Shown here: in pieces, positions 46,337 through 50,881 of the stretch
How the letters are laid out: every line of letters begins with the position of its first letter
Position numbering within the stretch: position 1 is the stretch's first letter
NCBI GenBank assembly: GCA_043803945.1
Contig: JAZDJN010000019.1
Location: forward strand, 1 to 50,881
Direction: 5' to 3'
Length of the DNA stretch: 50,881 bases
Origin: a bacterium
Lineage (GTDB): Bacteria; Bacteroidota; Ignavibacteria; UBA10030
Made by a program: the position numbers and the translations under genes
Notes under the pieces: model-generated
The model's database searches: none
Told to the model about the DNA's origin: nothing
The model's input: only the letters and a program-made list of their open reading frames with translations

Positions 46337-46517
46337 CCTGGTTTTTTTCTTTTTGGACAACCCGGGTTCAATCCTTCGTTGACAAGAGGTTTTTCAGCAA
46401 CCACCAGGAGGAGAAATACGGCAGTACCAAATGCCAACGTCACGCTCGATGTTGGTTTTTTATTCATAGCGATATTGATCAGCATCATAACATAACAATG
46501 GAGTAAATGCAGCTTCC

Positions 46518-47852
46518 ATGGCAGACCTTTTTTCCAACACAGAACCTCCATTGCCCTCCTCCTCAACGAAGGCGGCTGCACCGCTGGCAGAACGGATGAG
46601 ACCTGCAACACTGAATGAATTCTTTGGGCAGCAGCATTTAATGGGACCGGGCAAACCCTTTCGGATGATGATTGAGACAGGCCAGTTGACTTCGATTATC
46701 CTGTGGGGCCCCCCAGGTGTAGGAAAAACAACACTGGCGCGCTTACTGGCACAGCATGTCGACGCAGAATTCCATCAACTGAATGCAGTCTCCTCCGGTG
46801 TGAAAGACATTCGGGAAGTGATCGCCCGCGCTGAAAAAAATCGCAAGCACCTCAATCGGCAGACAATTCTCTTCATCGATGAAATTCATCGTTTCAATAA
46901 AGCTCAACAAGATGGTTTGCTCCACAGTGTTGAGGAAGGAGTCATTACCCTGATTGGTGCGACAACAGAAAATCCCTCGTTTGAGGTTATTGCACCGCTG
47001 CTCTCACGCTCTCCCGTCTACGTTCTCGAAGCTCTCGGCAAAGAAGAACTCGGAAACATCCTCGATCGGACACTCACCGGTGATCGATTCCTCTCAAAGC
47101 GATCAATTGTCATTGAAGATCGCGATTTCCTCATGCTCCTCTCCGGTGGTGATGCACGCAAACTGTTGACAGGTCTGGAAAATGCTCTCCGGATTACCAA
47201 ACCGGAGCAGGACGGGCGGGTTCTTATTACGAAAGAAAAAATTCAGGAGGCGTTCCAGCGAAAGTACACGCTCTATGATAAGAATGGGGAGCAGCACTAT
47301 GACACAATCTCTGCCTTTATAAAAAGTTTACGCGGGAGCGATCCCGACGCTTCGATCTACTGGCTGGCACGGATGCTCGAAGGAGGAGAAGATCCCAAGT
47401 TCATCGCACGCCGTATGGTTGTTCTTGCATCGGAAGATGTCGGTAATGCCGATCCCTATGCTCTGACGATGGCAACGTCCTGTTTTACGGCGATCGATAG
47501 TGTGGGTATGCCAGAAGCGCGGATCATACTCAGTCAGACTGCTGCCTACCTTGCATCAGCTCCAAAGAGCAATGCTTCGTATGCTGCAATTGAAGAGGCG
47601 CTGGCGGATGTACGTACTCTTCCCAATTTGCCCGTTCCCTTGCATATTCGGAATGCGCCAACCGCTTTGATGGAACAATTGAACTATGGCAAGGACTACC
47701 GCTACAGTCATCTCTTCGACGAACACTTTGTCGAGCAGCAGTATCTGCCTGATAACCTCAAGGATAAAATTTACTACAAACCGACAGACATCGGAAAAGA
47801 GAAATCGCTGCGTGAACGATTGAACAGACTCTGGAAGAACAAGCAGCGATGA
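46518..47852 (+). CDS. rarA: Replication-associated recombination protein A (RarA/MgsA)
   Basis: PLAERMRP, WGPPGVGKTT, DEIHRFNKAQQD, ISAFIKSLRGSDPDA. Confidence 0.97.
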   Translation: MADLFSNTEPPLPSSSTKAAAPLAERMRPATLNEFFGQQHLMGPGKPFRMMIETGQLTSIILWGPPGVGKTTLARLLAQHVDAEFHQLNAVSSGVKDIREVIARAEKNRKHLNRQTILFIDEIHRFNKAQQDGLLHSVEEGVITLIGATTENPSFEVIAPLLSRSPVYVLEALGKEELGNILDRTLTGDRFLSKRSIVIEDRDFLMLLSGGDARKLLTGLENALRITKPEQDGRVLITKEKIQEAFQRKYTLYDKNGEQHYDTISAFIKSLRGSDPDASIYWLARMLEGGEDPKFIARRMVVLASEDVGNADPYALTMATSCFTAIDSVGMPEARIILSQTAAYLASAPKSNASYAAIEEALADVRTLPNLPVPLHIRNAPTALMEQLNYGKDYRYSHLFDEHFVEQQYLPDNLKDKIYYKPTDIGKEKSLRERLNRLWKNKQR

Positions 47853-48187
47853 AAAATCCCCCAATGACCGGACCGCCGGAATCGCTGCGGGCAGTCTATT
47901 CTCAAGCGTCCCATCTTCTACTGTACTTGAATCAACACTCCGAAGATCAGCTCGCAGGTATGGCTGATGAATACCTGCTTTTTCTCTATCGACTGAGAGA
48001 TCGCTATCAAATCGTTCGCTCCAGCAGCCGTATCTTTACTGGAAAATCATTTTCAGTTCTGAATGATCTCCTGTATCAATTGGAATCAAATCCTGCTGCG
48101 GCGATGAGCCGGCATGATACGAAACAACTTTTATTGACGCTCCTTCAGGAGATGACCCAGGGGAAAATCATCATTGGGAAGAAGTAG
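47849..48187 (+). CDS. Hypothetical protein
   Basis: ATGA overlap with the rarA stop; fills the gap to the Nudix gene. Confidence 0.65.
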   Translation: MKNPPMTGPPESLRAVYSQASHLLLYLNQHSEDQLAGMADEYLLFLYRLRDRYQIVRSSSRIFTGKSFSVLNDLLYQLESNPAAAMSRHDTKQLLLTLLQEMTQGKIIIGKK

Positions 48188-48193
48188 CAGCAT

Positions 48194-48787
48194 ATGACAG
48201 TTGAGCTGCAAACCATTCGACAGTTCCTCTCTTCCTACCAGAGAGATCCAATTGATACGAGGGGGCTCACTCGGGCTTCTGTGTTGATGCTGCTGTTCTT
48301 AAAGGCCGGAGAGCTTCACCTGTTGTTAACCAAACGGACAGAAGATGTGGAGCATCATAAAGGACAAATTTCTTTCCCCGGTGGAACACAGGATGATGAA
48401 GATAGCGATTCCATTGCCACGGCATTGCGTGAGGCCGAAGAGGAAGTTGGGCTGCTGAGAAATCAGGTGTGTGTATTAGGTGTACTGGATGATTATGCAA
48501 CTCCGACGGGGTTTGTAATCACGCCGGTTGTAGGATATGTCGAGACACTTCCGGCATTACAAATGAACGAGCAAGAGGTTGCTGAGCTTATTGAAGTGCC
48601 ATTGGCGGCATTCCAGGGGATGGGGAAAGAAACTGTGCGCCGTATGGAGCGGAATGGAGTTGTTAGAGATGTCTACTTCTATTATTACCAGGGTCATGAA
48701 ATCTGGGGTGTGACAGCCGCCATGATCCGATTATTCCTTGATGAGTTGAATACCGGTAGGGATGATCACCAGAAAAAGTCTTTGTAA
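48194..48787 (+). CDS. Nudix CoA pyrophosphatase (NudL/PCD1-like)
   Basis: LLTKR...HKGQISFPGG...ALREAEEEVG, IWGVTA. Confidence 0.93.
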   Translation: MTVELQTIRQFLSSYQRDPIDTRGLTRASVLMLLFLKAGELHLLLTKRTEDVEHHKGQISFPGGTQDDEDSDSIATALREAEEEVGLLRNQVCVLGVLDDYATPTGFVITPVVGYVETLPALQMNEQEVAELIEVPLAAFQGMGKETVRRMERNGVVRDVYFYYYQGHEIWGVTAAMIRLFLDELNTGRDDHQKKSL

Positions 48788-48834
48788 ATAATTGAAATCT
48801 TTAGTATTTTGTAAATAGAGTAATGAACCATTCA

Positions 48835-48885
48835 TTACCACTGATGGCACACTGAAAATCACCGAGGAAGTAAATAGTTTGTGAG
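48835..48885. repeat. Half copy of the 13716/49299 dispersed repeat in the rpsT leader
   Basis: ttaccactgatggcacactgaaaatcaccgaggaagtaa versus ttaccactgatggcacactgataatcactgagaaaagtaa at 49301. Confidence 0.85.
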
Positions 48886-48902
48886 TTTTTAAGGAGAAAA
48901 GG

Positions 48903-49157
48903 ATGCCCCAACATAAATCAGCCGAGAAACGAACCCGCCAGATCGCAAAGCGAAGTGTCCATAACAAGGCTATCATTTCGCGTTTGAAAACACTGGTTAG
49001 AAAAGTTCGCAGTACAAAAGAGAAAGAAAATGCAAAGGCAGCCCTGGTTGTTGCCGTGAAAGCACTCGATCAACTCGGGGTAAAAGGGATCATTCCAAAG
49101 AACAGGGCATCGAACCAGAAGTCGAAACTGGCAAAATACGTTAACTCGTTGAAGTAA
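48903..49157 (+). CDS. rpsT: 30S ribosomal protein S20
   Basis: MPQHKSAEKR..., KGIIPKNRASNQKSKL; AAGGAG RBS. Confidence 0.97.
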   Translation: MPQHKSAEKRTRQIAKRSVHNKAIISRLKTLVRKVRSTKEKENAKAALVVAVKALDQLGVKGIIPKNRASNQKSKLAKYVNSLK

Positions 49158-49168
49158 TTTTTTTTCTA

Positions 49169-49197
49169 CCAAGCCCTGACCTCGCGTCAGGGTTTGG
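49169..49197 (+). terminator. Hairpin after rpsT
   Basis: ccaagccctgac-ctcgc-gtcagggtttgg. Confidence 0.6.
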
Positions 49198-49298
49198 CGT
49201 CTCTATATTCTTCCACCCAGAAGTTTTTCTTCCTGCTCAAAATCTGTTCATTTATATTAAAGCCTCGTTTCTATTCAGCTAAACAGGTAACAAATCTT

Positions 49299-49490
49299 TT
49301 TTACCACTGATGGCACACTGATAATCACTGAGAAAAGTAAGTAGTGTGAGATCTTGTTCGAAGAAATAACAAAAAAAATCATTATCGGTGTTCACCCCGT
49401 TGAACGGGGTAAATCGGTGTGTCATCCCTGCCTGCCCTCCTACGTCGGGCAAAGCGGCAGGTAGGCGTGGAGTACTTACTGAGCAATTAC
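49299..49490. mobile_element. Copy of the 13716-13849 hairpin repeat carrying two nested palindromic insertions
   Basis: Insertions are about 19 bp (accccgttgaacggggt core, about 49392-49411) and 39 bp (49427-49465). Confidence 0.85.
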
Positions 49491-49684
49491 AAAGTCTCTT
49501 AATTAAAAATGCTTGATTGAGGATCATTCTTTTCATACTATTGTTTCACACCATCTCTTAATTGGACTGAATGATCGGACCCCTTCACTGTGGGTATCAA
49601 TAAGTCAAATAAGCACCTCTTTTCCGTCATACTTTCTGGAGCCTACACCCTCCTCCAAATGTGCTCTACTCTAAAGCTGGGAGT

Positions 49685-50665
49685 ATGAAAAGAAAGCTTT
49701 CCATCATATTCATTGGTTTGACATTGTGGTTCGTCCAAGAATGCCCGAGCCTGCCATCAATACTGAGCCTCAATACTCTTTCTATCCTCGGCGGTAGTGG
49801 TATTAAAAATAAAAGAGGTATAGTTCAAATTGAACTATCCAATTCTCAATCGATCACCGCAATTCAATTCGATATCACCTTCCCAGCAGTGATAAGAATA
49901 GAAAAAGATTCCGTAAGACTCGCCTCGCGAAAACGTGATCATGTAATCACAACAAGCAAACTTTCATCAGATACGTATCGGGTGATCTCTTACTCCTCTT
50001 CGCTGAAGAGTTACACCGGTAATTCAGGAGCTATAATAGAGATCCCTGTGGTACTGGGAGATTCTACGGGAGTATATCCAGTATCTATTTCTAATGTTAT
50101 TCTTGGTGATTCAACAAGCACAAATGTTGTGACAAGCTATGCTGGTTCAAATTTTACGATACGGTCGAGTAGCACCGGACTCATACAGAACATTAAGCTC
50201 AATCAAGGTTGGAATATGATCTCGTCTTTCCTTGCCCCAATTGATTCATCGTTGGATCTTGTGCTTGGAAAAATTAAGCAGAATCTGGTCATAATGAAAA
50301 ATGGGAAAGGTCAGGTCTATTGGCCCTCCTTTGCCATCAACACGATTGGCAATTGGAGTTATAGACAGGCCTATCAGATGTATATGTCGGCAAAGGATTC
50401 CTTAACTATTGATGTTGACACACTTGCAACAGCTCAGCGTTGTATTAGTCTCACGAGTGGCTGGAATTACATCGCATATCTTGACACTGTTGCACGATCT
50501 CCGGCGGAAGTTTTTGGAGATTGTCTCTCGAAACTTGTCATTCTGAAAGAAAACAGCGGCAAAATATTTTGGCCTAAGTTTTCTATCAATACGCTCGGCT
50601 CCATGAATCCAGGTCAGGGATATATAGTTTATATGACAGATCCTTGTATTATCTGCTTTCCCTAG
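49685..50665 (+). CDS. Secreted protein with a cohesin-like beta-sandwich and two GWN repeats
   Basis: Signal peptide; ITAIQFDITFP; LNQGWNMIS and LTSGWNYIA repeats, each followed by WP.F.INT.G. Confidence 0.75.
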   Translation: MKRKLSIIFIGLTLWFVQECPSLPSILSLNTLSILGGSGIKNKRGIVQIELSNSQSITAIQFDITFPAVIRIEKDSVRLASRKRDHVITTSKLSSDTYRVISYSSSLKSYTGNSGAIIEIPVVLGDSTGVYPVSISNVILGDSTSTNVVTSYAGSNFTIRSSSTGLIQNIKLNQGWNMISSFLAPIDSSLDLVLGKIKQNLVIMKNGKGQVYWPSFAINTIGNWSYRQAYQMYMSAKDSLTIDVDTLATAQRCISLTSGWNYIAYLDTVARSPAEVFGDCLSKLVILKENSGKIFWPKFSINTLGSMNPGQGYIVYMTDPCIICFP

Positions 50666-50696
50666 AGATCTGGCCGAAAAGTTAAGAACATAATCA

Positions 50697-50803
50697 AACC
50701 ACAAAGTTCACCAAGGACACAAAAGAAAAACTGTTGAATCAATTTAAATTTCCATTACTCCTTTTTCTTTTTATTCTTCGCATCCTTAGTGTCCTTTGCG
50801 GTT
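50697..50803. repeat. Intergenic hairpin repeat with 9-10-nt periodic arms
   Basis: aaccacaaagttcaccaaggacacaaaagaa / ttcttcgcatccttagtgtcctttgcggtt. Confidence 0.8.
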
Positions 50804-50881
50804 AGACTTTTCGTCCAAGTTTCTAGGGAAACGACTGGAACTGTACGTTGGAAATACATTGCAGAAGAGAGAACCACTTAG

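Noticed and set aside
46257-46380. 6S RNA (tgaacc / ggttca motifs)
   Set aside because: It folds as short separate hairpins with an inserted palindrome rather than a ~190-nt rod, and is better explained as repeats.
46186-46611. 141-aa minus-strand ORF, and similar intergenic ORFs at 38729-39094, 45365-45577 and 49279-49536
   Set aside because: They run through palindromic repeats or overlap real genes on the opposite strand, and show no protein-like motifs.

Overview
This is bacterial chromosomal DNA, probably from an Ignavibacteria-like member of the Bacteroidota/Chlorobi group. The evidence is T9SS-type QNYPNPFNP C-terminal domains and a TAnnTTTG promoter; the taxon is an inference. Housekeeping genes include metK-ahcY, fni-polyprenyl synthase-ptsH-ptsI-PGI/PMI, an Omp85/PQQ/PEGA operon, ddl, ftsB, rarA, a Nudix gene and rpsT. 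Also present are secreted hydrolases (GH38, GHL10, tricorn-like S41) and ABC exporters. The main accessory features are: (1) a GxxExxY PD-(D/E)XK nuclease gene embedded in 9-nt-periodic inverted-repeat arms and a 94-bp tandem hairpin array; (2) gene-less hairpins of the same design across the window, several carrying nested GC-rich palindromic insertions whose empty sites can be reconstructed from sister copies; (3) a three-gene restriction-modification island (m4C MTase fused to a degenerate thermonuclease domain, a GIY-YIG-like protein and an MjaI-family REase); (4) two ORF6N genes, each disrupted by a precise palindromic insertion and each behind a duplicated 154-bp promoter module; (5) a ~225-nt G-U-rich rod-like candidate ncRNA. 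I found no rRNA, tRNA, CRISPR array or intact transposase. All calls come from motifs read by eye, without database searches.
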